Positions 46,967 to 56,757 of a stretch of DNA of 64,000 bases are shown here, piece by piece. How positions within the stretch are numbered: position 1 is the first letter of the stretch; the number at the start of each line of letters is the position of its first letter. Origin of the DNA: a virus; IMG/VR virus record IMGVR_UViG_3300042898_006156, positions 49,560-113,559 of that record; one strand, given 5' to 3'. Under the pieces are notes generated by a model. The model had not been told where the DNA came from, did not search any database, and worked only from the letters and a program-made list of their open reading frames with translations. The position numbers and the translations under genes were made by a program.

Positions 46967-49077
46967 TGAGAAAACAAACACAAGTTCCTAAATCTCCAAC
47001 AGAATTAAGAAACCAATTACTTCAACAAGCCAATACAGTAACAGAATTATTTAAGGGTACTGAATATGCAGATGATTTTGTTGACGAAATTGCTCCTGCC
47101 ACAAGATCAGAAGTCGCTCCTCCATTAAAGCCACCTAAAGACAGATTTAATCCTGATCAAATTGTAGATATTATTACATTTATCGAACATCCCTATTTTT
47201 GTAATCTAAGACCTTATCCTTGGCAAAAACTTATATTAAAGTGTTTTTATATGGGACAAGAAGGCAATACTAATCTTGTAATCAATGAATCTGATAATCA
47301 AGAAGATTGCAAGGGGTGTGTTTGGGATTATGTTCAAAAGAATGAGAATGAATTTTTAAAATCTCGTTCAGAAAGTAAGCAATTTAAAACAATTTTTAAT
47401 GTTGTTAATTCTCCTTGTTTGCAATGTAAGCGTCTTGATAATAATGTTAGAGAAGAAAGATATAAATATGCCAAAGACGAAGCTACAAACCCTGATGCAG
47501 AAAGACAAGTAGAAGTATTAGAAGCAAGACCAATTATTGATGGTTTTCAAAGTGAGTTTGATTTACTTTATTCTGAAGAATTTGATCCAAAATTGAGAAT
47601 GCAAGTTCAAGAGAAATGCACTAAAAGATATAAATTTGAAGAATTAGTTTTAGTACTTGGCAGACGTTCAGGAAAATCATTCCTAGTGTCTGCTATGGCT
47701 CTTTATGAATTATATAGATTGATTTCTATGGGACATCCTCAAGCAAGATATGGTTTGATGGAATTTGATGAAGTTGTTATTCTCAACGTTGCTCGTAATG
47801 AAGAACAGGCTAAAAAAGCAATCTTCTCAAAAATCAAGCAAACAGTTTTAGCTTCTCCATTTTTTGCACCTTATATTGGCAAAGATACAGAGCTTGAAAT
47901 GAGATTCTACACTGAACACGACCGGGAAGAGAATGTAAGAAGAAAAGAGCAAAATATCAATCTTTTTGCGGGTTCTTTAGTATTACGATGTGGTTCTAGT
48001 AATGCTTCAGGTCTCGTTGGTTTAACTTGTTGGACAATTATTATGGACGAAGTTGCAGCAATGGCAGGAGACAATCCTGAATCTGGTGTTGACTATGCTC
48101 TTTATGATGATTTGAAGCCATCTCTTGCTACATTTGGTAAAGACGGAAAGATGATGCTTCTTTCCAACCCCAAAGGTCCTCTTGGGTTACTTTATGATTT
48201 GCACGAGAATAGACAAGAAGATCCTACTACACTTGTTATGAGACTACCAACTTGGCTTACTAATCCAAACATTGATAAAGAATGGTTAGACGGTCAAAAG
48301 AAAAAAGATCCTCAAGAATTTCAAATGCAATATGGTGCAGAGTTTGGTGCATCATCATCTGACCCAATGTTCAATGTTGAAGATGTTGACAGAATGTTCT
48401 CTTCAATGTCTATGGTGAAAAGAAAAGAACAAGCAGAAGGACATTTTGAATATTTTTGTCATTTAGATCCTGCAAGAACTTCAGATTATTACGCCCTTGT
48501 TATTGCTCATACAGAAAATATGTATGGTCAAATTGGTCCTGATTTTCAGCCATTAAAAAGAGTTGTTATTGATCACATTCATTTTTGGAATCCAAGAACA
48601 AAAAATCAACCCGTTAAAGAAAAAGATGTTGAAGATTATGTAATTGAATTGCATAGAAAGTTTAAATTTAAACAAGTAAGCATTGATCAATGGAATTCTC
48701 AATCCTCTCTTATAACTTTACAATCACGAAGAATTCCTATCGTAGAACGTCAATTCAATAAAGAATATAAAGAGAAAATTTATACCGAACTTTCTCAACT
48801 AGTTCGAGATGACCGAATTGATATTTATGATTTATCTGGTGGTGAATATCGAGATTTAGATCACAGATTGATATCTTTGAATGAGATTCAAGAAGCTAAA
48901 ATTCAGTTTTTGTTTTTACAAAAGAAGTGGAAAGGTAAAAGATATTACATTGAAGCTCTATCAGGTTACAAAGACGATATTTGTGATGCTGTAGCTGCTG
49001 TTGCTTACGAATGTCTTACTTCAAAAATTATGATTAGATTACCAAGATCAAAAATGGTCAATCTAAATAGGCGATAA
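46966..49077 (+). CDS. terL: Terminase large subunit
   Basis: PYPWQ, VLGRRSGKS (Walker A), IIMDEVA (Walker B), LSNP, YGAEF, HLDPA (RNase H-like), DQWNS, KDDICDAVA. Confidence 0.93.
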   Translation: MRKQTQVPKSPTELRNQLLQQANTVTELFKGTEYADDFVDEIAPATRSEVAPPLKPPKDRFNPDQIVDIITFIEHPYFCNLRPYPWQKLILKCFYMGQEGNTNLVINESDNQEDCKGCVWDYVQKNENEFLKSRSESKQFKTIFNVVNSPCLQCKRLDNNVREERYKYAKDEATNPDAERQVEVLEARPIIDGFQSEFDLLYSEEFDPKLRMQVQEKCTKRYKFEELVLVLGRRSGKSFLVSAMALYELYRLISMGHPQARYGLMEFDEVVILNVARNEEQAKKAIFSKIKQTVLASPFFAPYIGKDTELEMRFYTEHDREENVRRKEQNINLFAGSLVLRCGSSNASGLVGLTCWTIIMDEVAAMAGDNPESGVDYALYDDLKPSLATFGKDGKMMLLSNPKGPLGLLYDLHENRQEDPTTLVMRLPTWLTNPNIDKEWLDGQKKKDPQEFQMQYGAEFGASSSDPMFNVEDVDRMFSSMSMVKRKEQAEGHFEYFCHLDPARTSDYYALVIAHTENMYGQIGPDFQPLKRVVIDHIHFWNPRTKNQPVKEKDVEDYVIELHRKFKFKQVSIDQWNSQSSLITLQSRRIPIVERQFNKEYKEKIYTELSQLVRDDRIDIYDLSGGEYRDLDHRLISLNEIQEAKIQFLFLQKKWKGKRYYIEALSGYKDDICDAVAAVAYECLTSKIMIRLPRSKMVNLNRR

Positions 49078-49102
49078 AGGTTATTTTTTTAAATAATAAG
49101 AA
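49076..49102 (+). promoter_or_regulatory. Putative late promoter AAAGG-N18-AGAA
   Basis: Exact motif 9 nt before ATG 49112. Confidence 0.65.
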
Positions 49103-49111
49103 CAAATCATT

Positions 49112-50104
49112 ATGTCTAACAATATCAGAACAGCTCAATTTGGTGGTGTAGGCGGCGGGGGAAATGGCTCTGCTTTTCAGCCTGGTGGTAGCCCTTTAGG
49201 TCGTGGTGGATCTAATAGGGGTGGTCACGAGATTAACATTTATGTTGATGAAGATGCTAGTTTTGATAAATTATTAAGAAGAACCCATATTGAGCCTGAT
49301 AATAGAGATGTAAATATTGAGTCGAGACTTACTCCTCAGCACAAACATTATGAAGAGATGATTCCATATGAATTAACTCCTGAAGAAAGAATGAGAGCTA
49401 AATTTAGAGCTCAACTTCATAATTATAAAAACTCACTTGAAAATGCTGCAAACAGTTTGATGAAAAATAGTCCAGCTTACATAAAAGAACATTATCATCC
49501 TAAAGCTGAACATATGATGACTATGGAGCAATCTTTAGAAGATCGTCATAAATATAATAAAGACTTCAAATATCCAAGAGAAGAATACAAAGATCCTGAT
49601 AAACCAGAAAGATTACATTTTGCTATTTCGGATCAAGCTATGAACCGTGTAGCTGAAGATTATGCAGTTAGAAGAAGAAACAGACTTACTGATGAATATC
49701 CAGAAGATAGGAATGAGTTTGATGAAAAACAATTTTCATATGCTCCTATTGGCAAAACACCAATCTTAATTCAAGGTGAAGATATTGATATTTATATGCA
49801 AGACTTGATGTCTGTTAATACTCCTGATCACGATGGATTTCAGGAATATGAGCTTAAGGATACTGTTTTAACCTATCCTGAGCCAGATGGTAAAGCAAAT
49901 GTACACGCTCCAAAAGATATTGCACCAGAACCAGAAGAAATGAAAGATGTTAATGTTTTTATGTCTTTAGAAGGTCAAATGCATCCAAACAAGAAATTCA
50001 CCACTTACCTTGATTACAACGATCAATCCTTAAAAGAAGACAAAGGTGTAGAGGAAGTTTATGATGGTTCCGCATTTTATGGAATTAGCGGTCATAGTTT
50101 GTAA
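49112..50104 (+). CDS. Head-region protein (RTAQ site, Gly-rich N-terminus)
   Basis: MSNNIRTAQFGGVGGGG; ExQL-like motifs. Confidence 0.75.
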   Translation: MSNNIRTAQFGGVGGGGNGSAFQPGGSPLGRGGSNRGGHEINIYVDEDASFDKLLRRTHIEPDNRDVNIESRLTPQHKHYEEMIPYELTPEERMRAKFRAQLHNYKNSLENAANSLMKNSPAYIKEHYHPKAEHMMTMEQSLEDRHKYNKDFKYPREEYKDPDKPERLHFAISDQAMNRVAEDYAVRRRNRLTDEYPEDRNEFDEKQFSYAPIGKTPILIQGEDIDIYMQDLMSVNTPDHDGFQEYELKDTVLTYPEPDGKANVHAPKDIAPEPEEMKDVNVFMSLEGQMHPNKKFTTYLDYNDQSLKEDKGVEEVYDGSAFYGISGHSL

Positions 50105-50138
50105 AGGTAAATAAAGAGAGAGTTAACAACAACAAATT

Positions 50139-50597
50139 ATGAAAGCAAATTCAATCCAAACAATAATCAAGCTTTGTTCAAGATTAGACAAAACAGGCCA
50201 CTATTCTAAAGCTGATCTTTTGTTTGAAAAAATTGCTCAATACTATCCCCAACAATCAGTAACTCAATCGCCAAATGTATCTTTAGTTCCCTATGAAGAC
50301 ATTGAAGAAGAAACCAAGCAAAATGATTTCTGGCGACAAAAAATTAATCCAAGAAAAATTCCAAAAGAATATTTTGACTTGGGTGGAGAAGCTGATGGAC
50401 AAAGTATCGAAGGTCAACTACATGGTCCTGACAATGTTCCAGGGCCAGCATATATTGATCCAGGTAATCCAGCATCAAGCCCCTCAATGGCAGTTCACAG
50501 TGGAGAAGATTTGTGCGATAAATTTTCCTGGGAAGAAACATATGAGAAAAATGTTGATGAAGGGAATGCTTGGAAAAACAGAATACCATACAGATAA
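50139..50597 (+). CDS. Head-region protein with helical leader
   Basis: MKANSIQTIIKLCSRLDKTGHYSKADLLFEKIAQ; AAAGG-N18-ACAA upstream at 50103-50129. Confidence 0.75.
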   Translation: MKANSIQTIIKLCSRLDKTGHYSKADLLFEKIAQYYPQQSVTQSPNVSLVPYEDIEEETKQNDFWRQKINPRKIPKEYFDLGGEADGQSIEGQLHGPDNVPGPAYIDPGNPASSPSMAVHSGEDLCDKFSWEETYEKNVDEGNAWKNRIPYR

Positions 50598-50608
50598 GGA
50601 ATTAAATT

Positions 50609-51100
50609 ATGCCTATACCAATTAAACCAGTTCATTCTTTAGACTTACATGCAGAATTATTTGACGGCCCATCAATGGAAGGCCTTGGACTTTCAGATAT
50701 TCAAATTCAACTTCTTGGTGTTTCACAAGCTCCAAAGAAAATTGAAGCTGCTAAATTGAGTGAAAGATACTTGAATATGCTCAAGTCAATTGATGCAAAT
50801 ACTGATGAACTAGTTACTGCAGCTAGCTATGTTGCTTTGCACAAGGACAGTACAATTTGTGGTGTTCCAACAGAAATTTCTGACAACGATCTTTTAGCTA
50901 TGAAAACAGCTGGATTACTTACTGGTTATGGAAGATCTGTAGAACTTACTGAAAGAGCAAGATTAGCATTACGTGATCATTATTTAAGCATAGATAATGT
51001 TAATGAGTTTAGAAAGCAAAGAACAAAAGATAGATTTGACCTTGATCAAGCAAGAAGTGTAAAAGCATCTTCAAGTAAATTTAAGAAAGTTGGTTCTTGA
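50609..51100 (+). CDS. Hypothetical protein with winged-helix-like C-terminal part
   Basis: DLLAMKTAGLLTGYGRSVELTERARLAL; ends at a TGA in frame with the DUF192 ORF. Confidence 0.7.
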   Translation: MPIPIKPVHSLDLHAELFDGPSMEGLGLSDIQIQLLGVSQAPKKIEAAKLSERYLNMLKSIDANTDELVTAASYVALHKDSTICGVPTEISDNDLLAMKTAGLLTGYGRSVELTERARLALRDHYLSIDNVNEFRKQRTKDRFDLDQARSVKASSSKFKKVGS

Positions 51101-51481
51101 CTCACTAGCAAAGAATTCCGTGATGAATTCGATGTTAGGTTTGTAGCAGACACAGATAAATTAAGAACTAAAGGCTTGATGAATGCAGAGCCTTTAGATG
51201 ATTATGAAGTAGTATTTTTTACTTTTGATTATCCAGATTGCTATTCATTTTGGAATAAAAACGTATCATTTGCACTTTCTTTAGCATTTTTAGATAAAAA
51301 TTATAAGATTGTGGATATTAAGGATATGGAAGCAGATGACCCTAAATCTGTATCTCCAGATTCGAACAATGTTGTATTTGTTGTAGAAGCAAAGAAAGGA
51401 TTGTTCAAAAAATTAGGCATCGGTGTTGGAGATAAATTGTTTTTGAAGGGCAAGAAAGTAATTTTCAGTAAAAAAACATAA
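51101..51481 (+). CDS. DUF192-family protein (conserved N-terminus lies upstream of the first start codon at 51176)
   Basis: VADTDKLRTKGLM...FWNKNVSFALSLAFLD...VVEAKKG...IGVGD. Confidence 0.8.
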   Translation, partial: LTSKEFRDEFDVRFVADTDKLRTKGLMNAEPLDDYEVVFFTFDYPDCYSFWNKNVSFALSLAFLDKNYKIVDIKDMEADDPKSVSPDSNNVVFVVEAKKGLFKKLGIGVGDKLFLKGKKVIFSKKT

Positions 51482-51492
51482 ATGGATGCATT

Positions 51493-51519
51493 AAAGGAAT
51501 TTGAGCATTAAATTTAGAA
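51493..51519 (+). promoter_or_regulatory. Putative late promoter AAAGG-N18-AGAA
   Basis: Exact motif upstream of 51560. Confidence 0.65.
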
Positions 51520-51559
51520 ATTTTCTTAATGTATTTTTTCTTGAGGAGAAAAATTAATT

Positions 51560-52642
51560 ATGGCAGATAGAATTTTCCCAAACAGATTTCAAGAAGATCC
51601 TCTTGATTCTGACTTGGTATTTCAAGGAATCGATTGGGATAACTTTAACCAAAGATTAGCTGAAGCAAAAGAGCCAAAAGAGAACAAGGGTCTCAAAGCT
51701 CTTATTGACGCTATTGGTGACGAAGAAATCGATAGATTGCAAGGCGAAGATCATGATGATCATGATGAAGCTTCAATGGACCATAAGTCTGGTTATATGA
51801 AAGAAGCTAAAAAAGGCCTTCCAGAAGGCTTGAAGAAGTGGATGGAAGAGAATGGCAAGGGCAAGAAGAAGTCTGAAGATTCTGAAGATGAAGATCATGA
51901 TGATAAAGATCATGAAGATCATGAAGATGAAGAAGAAAAAGCTGACAAAGGTCCTATGACTAGAAAAGGACCTAAGTCCAAGTCTGAAAAGAAAGCTTAT
52001 CATTTCAATCATGCATCACAATTGTCAGCTGAAGCAGTAGAAGCTGCAGTGGCTGCTGGTGATGAAGACCTTAAAGAAGCTATTCTTGCTGCTCGTCACG
52101 ACAGAAGAGTTAGATTAGCTGGCAAAATTGAGCGCCAAGTTCAAGCACAACAAGAAACCAATTTGAAGCTTGCACAAAGAAGAGCTTACAGAGAATCATT
52201 GGTTCAAAAAGTTGCTGCTAAGATGGATGATGAGAAAGAAGCAGCTATGGAAAAATCTTGCGAAAAATGTGGCGGAGTTTATGCAGGCAAGAAATGTGAA
52301 TGTGCTGACAAATCAAGTATGAAAGAAGCTAAAGCATTCTCATCAGCTGCTAGAAAAGCATTTGCTGCTAAAGCTCTTGCTGAAGGTTTTCCAATAGAAT
52401 ATATCAACGCAAGATTAGGTGAAACATCAGCGCCTACAGTTGATAAATTATCCGACATCAAGAACGTTCTTGCTTCTGACCTAAACACAAATGTAAAGGT
52501 TGCTGCAGCTTCTTCAATGATTAAAGTTGCAACTCTTTCAGACGCAGACTATTCCAGAATTGTCGATTACTGGAAAAATGAACTTGGTTATGGCGATCAA
52601 GAGTGGATTGATGCACTCTTTACCAAAAAATACGACAAGTAA
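51560..52642 (+). CDS. Charged head-region protein (scaffold/internal-protein-like)
   Basis: GAGGAG RBS; D/E/H/K-rich tracts, CEKC...CEC, many KxA sites. Confidence 0.75.
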   Translation: MADRIFPNRFQEDPLDSDLVFQGIDWDNFNQRLAEAKEPKENKGLKALIDAIGDEEIDRLQGEDHDDHDEASMDHKSGYMKEAKKGLPEGLKKWMEENGKGKKKSEDSEDEDHDDKDHEDHEDEEEKADKGPMTRKGPKSKSEKKAYHFNHASQLSAEAVEAAVAAGDEDLKEAILAARHDRRVRLAGKIERQVQAQQETNLKLAQRRAYRESLVQKVAAKMDDEKEAAMEKSCEKCGGVYAGKKCECADKSSMKEAKAFSSAARKAFAAKALAEGFPIEYINARLGETSAPTVDKLSDIKNVLASDLNTNVKVAAASSMIKVATLSDADYSRIVDYWKNELGYGDQEWIDALFTKKYDK

Positions 52643-52654
52643 CAATTACCATCC

Positions 52655-52698
52655 TCAAGAAAAATAGTCCCAGGGCGAAAGTCCTGGGACATTCTTGA
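52655..52698 (+). promoter_or_regulatory. Intergenic GNRA-tetraloop stem-loop without U-tract
   Basis: TCAAGAA...GTCCCAGGGC-GAAA-GTCCTGGGAC.TTCTTGA. Confidence 0.6.
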
Positions 52699-52723
52699 AA
52701 AGTAATATCAGGATATAATAAAC

Positions 52724-53539
52724 ATGAGCAGATTTAGAAAAGTATCAGAAATCGATAATATTCCAACATTTTTGGAAAAGAGATTTATTGGCGCTCAAGT
52801 TGAAGTTGAAGAAGATCCATACGCTGAGTTAAAGAGAAATTCAACTGCAAACAGACAATCAATTTCTAAACAAAATATTGGTTTCACAAAAGAAGCAAAC
52901 AATATTAACAAGTCTTGGGAAAAGATTCAAGGTGCATCAACTTATCAAGATTTAAGAGACACCACACTTGAAGATAGAATTCTTTCACAAGATTTTGGTG
53001 CTATTAGAAGAGCTGGATCACAGTTCGACGATGGAGAAACTGCAAGAACTACAACTAGTGGACTAAAAGCATTTTCGGCTGATGAATATATGAATGCTAT
53101 GCTTTCAAGATCAGCATCTATTTTCAACCCAGATATGATTTCAATTTCAGAAGAATTCTTGAATTCACAATCTTCGACCAGTGAACAATCTATTGTTGAA
53201 AATCAAAGATTGAGAGAAGCTAAGGCAACTCGTCATAAGGCTTGGGAAGAAAGCCAAATTAATAATTTAAGACAATCTTCTGTAGTTTCTTCAAGAGCAC
53301 ATTCTATCTTGAGAACATCTTCAGATAATGAATTCAATTCAACATTTGGAATGATTGATCCATCTGCTCTGGACAATCGTGAATCAATGAGAATTGCTAA
53401 TCAAGAGAAGAACAGAACTGAAAGAATGGCAATCAAGAAAAACATTCAAAGTGATATGAGTAACAAAGCTCAATCAAGAGCAAAAACTGTTAATGAAATT
53501 TATAATAGCATTGACGTTAATTTTGATGATATTGACTAA
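52724..53539 (+). CDS. Hypothetical head-region protein
   Basis: 271-aa ORF, MSRFRKVSE. Confidence 0.75.
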   Translation: MSRFRKVSEIDNIPTFLEKRFIGAQVEVEEDPYAELKRNSTANRQSISKQNIGFTKEANNINKSWEKIQGASTYQDLRDTTLEDRILSQDFGAIRRAGSQFDDGETARTTTSGLKAFSADEYMNAMLSRSASIFNPDMISISEEFLNSQSSTSEQSIVENQRLREAKATRHKAWEESQINNLRQSSVVSSRAHSILRTSSDNEFNSTFGMIDPSALDNRESMRIANQEKNRTERMAIKKNIQSDMSNKAQSRAKTVNEIYNSIDVNFDDID

Positions 53540-54537
53540 TGAATAAACTGTCTCAAACCGCTCCACCTTTAGCATCAAATCCGGCAAATGGAATTAATAA
53601 TATTCCGTTAAATGGTGAAAGTGTCGAAGGTGTGACAAAAGATGAAATGAGACAGTTAATGAATAAGGTCAAATCTGCTAATGATAATTTCAGTGAACTT
53701 TCAAATGAAGTTACTGTCATAGCAGACAAAGTGCAAGATAAAAATTTAAAACATCAATTAGATAAGTTATCAAAAGCACTACTTATGTCAAATAGTAATA
53801 GAACAAGAACAAAAGATCCAATTACTCAAGAATTGGATCCAAGCTATTCTGATATAGCAAATAAGATTGAACAAACTTATTTATTCGAGGCTAAGAACGT
53901 GTACAACAATTCCAAAACAGCACAGGTCAAAAAGAAAAAGAAAACTAGAGGCAATCCATTCCGTGTTTTAATGGGTAAAGTGGGTAAATTGCTTGATCAC
54001 GGTGTTGAAAAAAGCGACATAGTTAGATACATATCAAAACTTAAGTATTGGAATAAAGAAACAATTGAACGTGCTGTCGATATTGTCAAGGAATACAACA
54101 AAAAACTTGAGAAAGGCAAAGATAAAGACGATAAGCCAAAAAAATCAGAAAAGTCAGAAAAAACTGCAGATACTGTTGATCTTGATAAATTAGTTAGAGA
54201 AAAAGAAGACGTTGAGAAAAAAACTAAAGATGTCGAAGAAACAATAGAGTTGATTAATGACACTGAAGAAAAAGGCAATAAAAATGCTTCAGTTAAAATT
54301 GCTTCTTTAAATTATGATGCAAAACCTAATTTTGAAAAGAGATCTACACCTGAGTTAATTATGAGAGCTTGTTTTCTTATGGATTTACAAGATTATTCTA
54401 AAACAACAAAACAAGGCGATTTCAAAGATGCTGCTGATAAGAAAGGCGTAAGTGAAGAATTAAAGCAACTCAAAGCAGCTCTCAAAGATAGAGGTTTTGA
54501 TAAAGAAGAATTATCGAATTTAGGATTGGGTAAATAA
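53539..54537 (+). CDS. Hypothetical basic head-region protein
   Basis: 332 aa; KTAQVKKKKKTRGNPFRVLMGKVGKLLDHG. Confidence 0.75.
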   Translation: MNKLSQTAPPLASNPANGINNIPLNGESVEGVTKDEMRQLMNKVKSANDNFSELSNEVTVIADKVQDKNLKHQLDKLSKALLMSNSNRTRTKDPITQELDPSYSDIANKIEQTYLFEAKNVYNNSKTAQVKKKKKTRGNPFRVLMGKVGKLLDHGVEKSDIVRYISKLKYWNKETIERAVDIVKEYNKKLEKGKDKDDKPKKSEKSEKTADTVDLDKLVREKEDVEKKTKDVEETIELINDTEEKGNKNASVKIASLNYDAKPNFEKRSTPELIMRACFLMDLQDYSKTTKQGDFKDAADKKGVSEELKQLKAALKDRGFDKEELSNLGLGK

Positions 54538-54539
54538 TT

Positions 54540-56201
54540 ATGGACAAGGGATATAAAATCAAAGCTACATACGAGACTCACGATCCTAAAAAAATTCAAG
54601 ACATTATGGATAAAAAACCATTAGTCGGCGGAACTGGATTACTTAGTATGCTTCAAGACACAATTGCTGGACTTGGAGATGGTGATTCTACGCCAATGTC
54701 TTCTCCTTTTCACGTTTTAGATATGAATGATTTTGGTGATGATCCAGTAATTTCAGCTTTTAAAAATATGGGTGGACCAGAAAATATCGTAAAGATTGTC
54801 GCCCTTCCTGGAAAAGAAGCACATCATCATTTGCATCACGCTTTTAATAAATTGAATAATATAAAATTAGCAGAAGAAAGAAATACTCTTCGTTATGCAT
54901 ATATGGCTTTGCAAAACTTTTTAAACAAGAATAATGAAGCAGCCAGATTAGAAAGAGTAGCATACAAATCAACAGATAAATCTGCTGGATATTGGCAAAT
55001 CGAAGCCATCAATTCTTTGGATAAACTCAAGAAATTTGCATCCACTTCCTTGAGAATTTCTAAACTTGAAAGTGCTAGAAATGTTGTTTTATCAGGAAAC
55101 AAATTACAAACTACTAAAGTATCAAACTATTTACATAATTGGTATTCAGAAATCACACCAAAAGAAAATAGAAGAGTAGCTTACACAACATTATCAACAC
55201 AAGCAAATGAGCCTTATTTACTTTGCCCTAAAGGTAAATTTCAAGGATATAAATCTCCAATCCCTATGGAAATTTCAAAATGCCGTGAGAACTGTATTGA
55301 CTCCAGAGTTGATAAAGAAGGACACGTTACTTGTGCATATCAAGATTGGCTCAAAGTAGCTTTCCAATCACATGATGAAGTTATGGCAAGATTAGATGTT
55401 CATAAACATCCAGATAATGAAGCTAATGCCCTTGAGCTTAAAGAAGGCGAAAGATCCAAGAAACTTACTGAAGGTGAAATTGGATTCGAAGCTAGATTTG
55501 AAAATTCAGATAGAGGCGCTAATAAAATCAGAGGCAAGCAAAATGTCGATGATTCTAGAGAAAAACAATTATCAGATGCCAAACAATCAAGCTATGGTCA
55601 TCAACAAGGCGATAAGCCAGTTATGCGCCCAAAACAAGCTCAATCTGACACTAATAAGACAATCGATTCACAATTACCAAGAAAAGATCAAAAAGGCACA
55701 GATTACCTTGAAATGCTTTTGAGGAAATTGAATGATAAAGAATCTGTAACAGATGAAGTTAGAGAAAATCAACTTGATTCTGATGGTCTTTACAATCATC
55801 GTGGTGAGATGGAAGAATCTTATGCTGATCAATTAAATGTGAAGGGTAAAGATCCAATCAATTACAGAGATGAATTGAATAAGAATAAAAATGAGCCAAA
55901 AGATTCTATTATTCATCAATTAGATAAAAATATTACTGCTTCTAAAAAAGAAATGAATCAAGAACAAATTCTCAATGAAACCAGAAAGAAAAATGTTGTT
56001 GATGTATCTAGAGACAAGCAATTAGAAGACAGAAGACAAAATACAAAAATTACCAAAAATATTGAAGCGCTTTTAGATGCTGAAGATGAAGACAGTATAG
56101 GTCATCATTTTTCAGAAGAAGATCTCAAAAGATTTGCTGATGAACTTGGTTTAGACTACATTATGGAATCTAAAAGAGAAGAATACGACGATGTGGTATA
56201 A
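54540..56201 (+). CDS. Head-region protein with Cys cluster and ExQL repeats
   Basis: LCPKG...KCRENCID...TCAY; repeated SREKQL/VRENQL/SRDKQL motifs. Confidence 0.75.
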   Translation: MDKGYKIKATYETHDPKKIQDIMDKKPLVGGTGLLSMLQDTIAGLGDGDSTPMSSPFHVLDMNDFGDDPVISAFKNMGGPENIVKIVALPGKEAHHHLHHAFNKLNNIKLAEERNTLRYAYMALQNFLNKNNEAARLERVAYKSTDKSAGYWQIEAINSLDKLKKFASTSLRISKLESARNVVLSGNKLQTTKVSNYLHNWYSEITPKENRRVAYTTLSTQANEPYLLCPKGKFQGYKSPIPMEISKCRENCIDSRVDKEGHVTCAYQDWLKVAFQSHDEVMARLDVHKHPDNEANALELKEGERSKKLTEGEIGFEARFENSDRGANKIRGKQNVDDSREKQLSDAKQSSYGHQQGDKPVMRPKQAQSDTNKTIDSQLPRKDQKGTDYLEMLLRKLNDKESVTDEVRENQLDSDGLYNHRGEMEESYADQLNVKGKDPINYRDELNKNKNEPKDSIIHQLDKNITASKKEMNQEQILNETRKKNVVDVSRDKQLEDRRQNTKITKNIEALLDAEDEDSIGHHFSEEDLKRFADELGLDYIMESKREEYDDVV

Positions 56202-56724
56202 GCAAGTTTTGGCCCAATTTGGTGGTGGTGTTAATTTTTCAGAAGAAGAAAAAGTTGATTCTCAAAACAATTCTGAAATTTACAACATTAGAGATGTAGA
56301 CAACGAACCTGCTGGATTATATGATGAATTGTCAGGCATTCTTGAAAAAATGGGCAAAACACTTGATGAATATTACAGTATGAATCAAATTCAACAAAAA
56401 GAAATTTGGGATTTACTTGTTGATCGTCCTCACAGAATGACCATGGATAACACTGGAAATTTTATCAAGTCTCCACAATCCGCATCGAATGAAGCACGTA
56501 GACATTCTCCGTTTCACGAGAATCCAGAAGAAACAACCTTAGAAGAACAACTTAGAGGATCTCAACAAGAAAATAATAATAGAGATCCACAAAGTATGGC
56601 TTCTACAGAAAAAGGTAATAGTTTTCAACATTTCAAGAATGGAGAAGGATATTATCAAGCACTAAAAGGCAAGCAAGATCCTATCCTTTTTGGAAACAAA
56701 CCTTCTAATCAAACTTGGTATTAA
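56191..56724 (+). CDS. Head-region protein with MWY leader
   Basis: MWYKQVLAQFGGG; TTLEEQL. Confidence 0.75.
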   Translation: MWYKQVLAQFGGGVNFSEEEKVDSQNNSEIYNIRDVDNEPAGLYDELSGILEKMGKTLDEYYSMNQIQQKEIWDLLVDRPHRMTMDNTGNFIKSPQSASNEARRHSPFHENPEETTLEEQLRGSQQENNNRDPQSMASTEKGNSFQHFKNGEGYYQALKGKQDPILFGNKPSNQTWY

Positions 56725-56757
56725 GTTATATATTTTTAGAACGGTATAATATATGTT

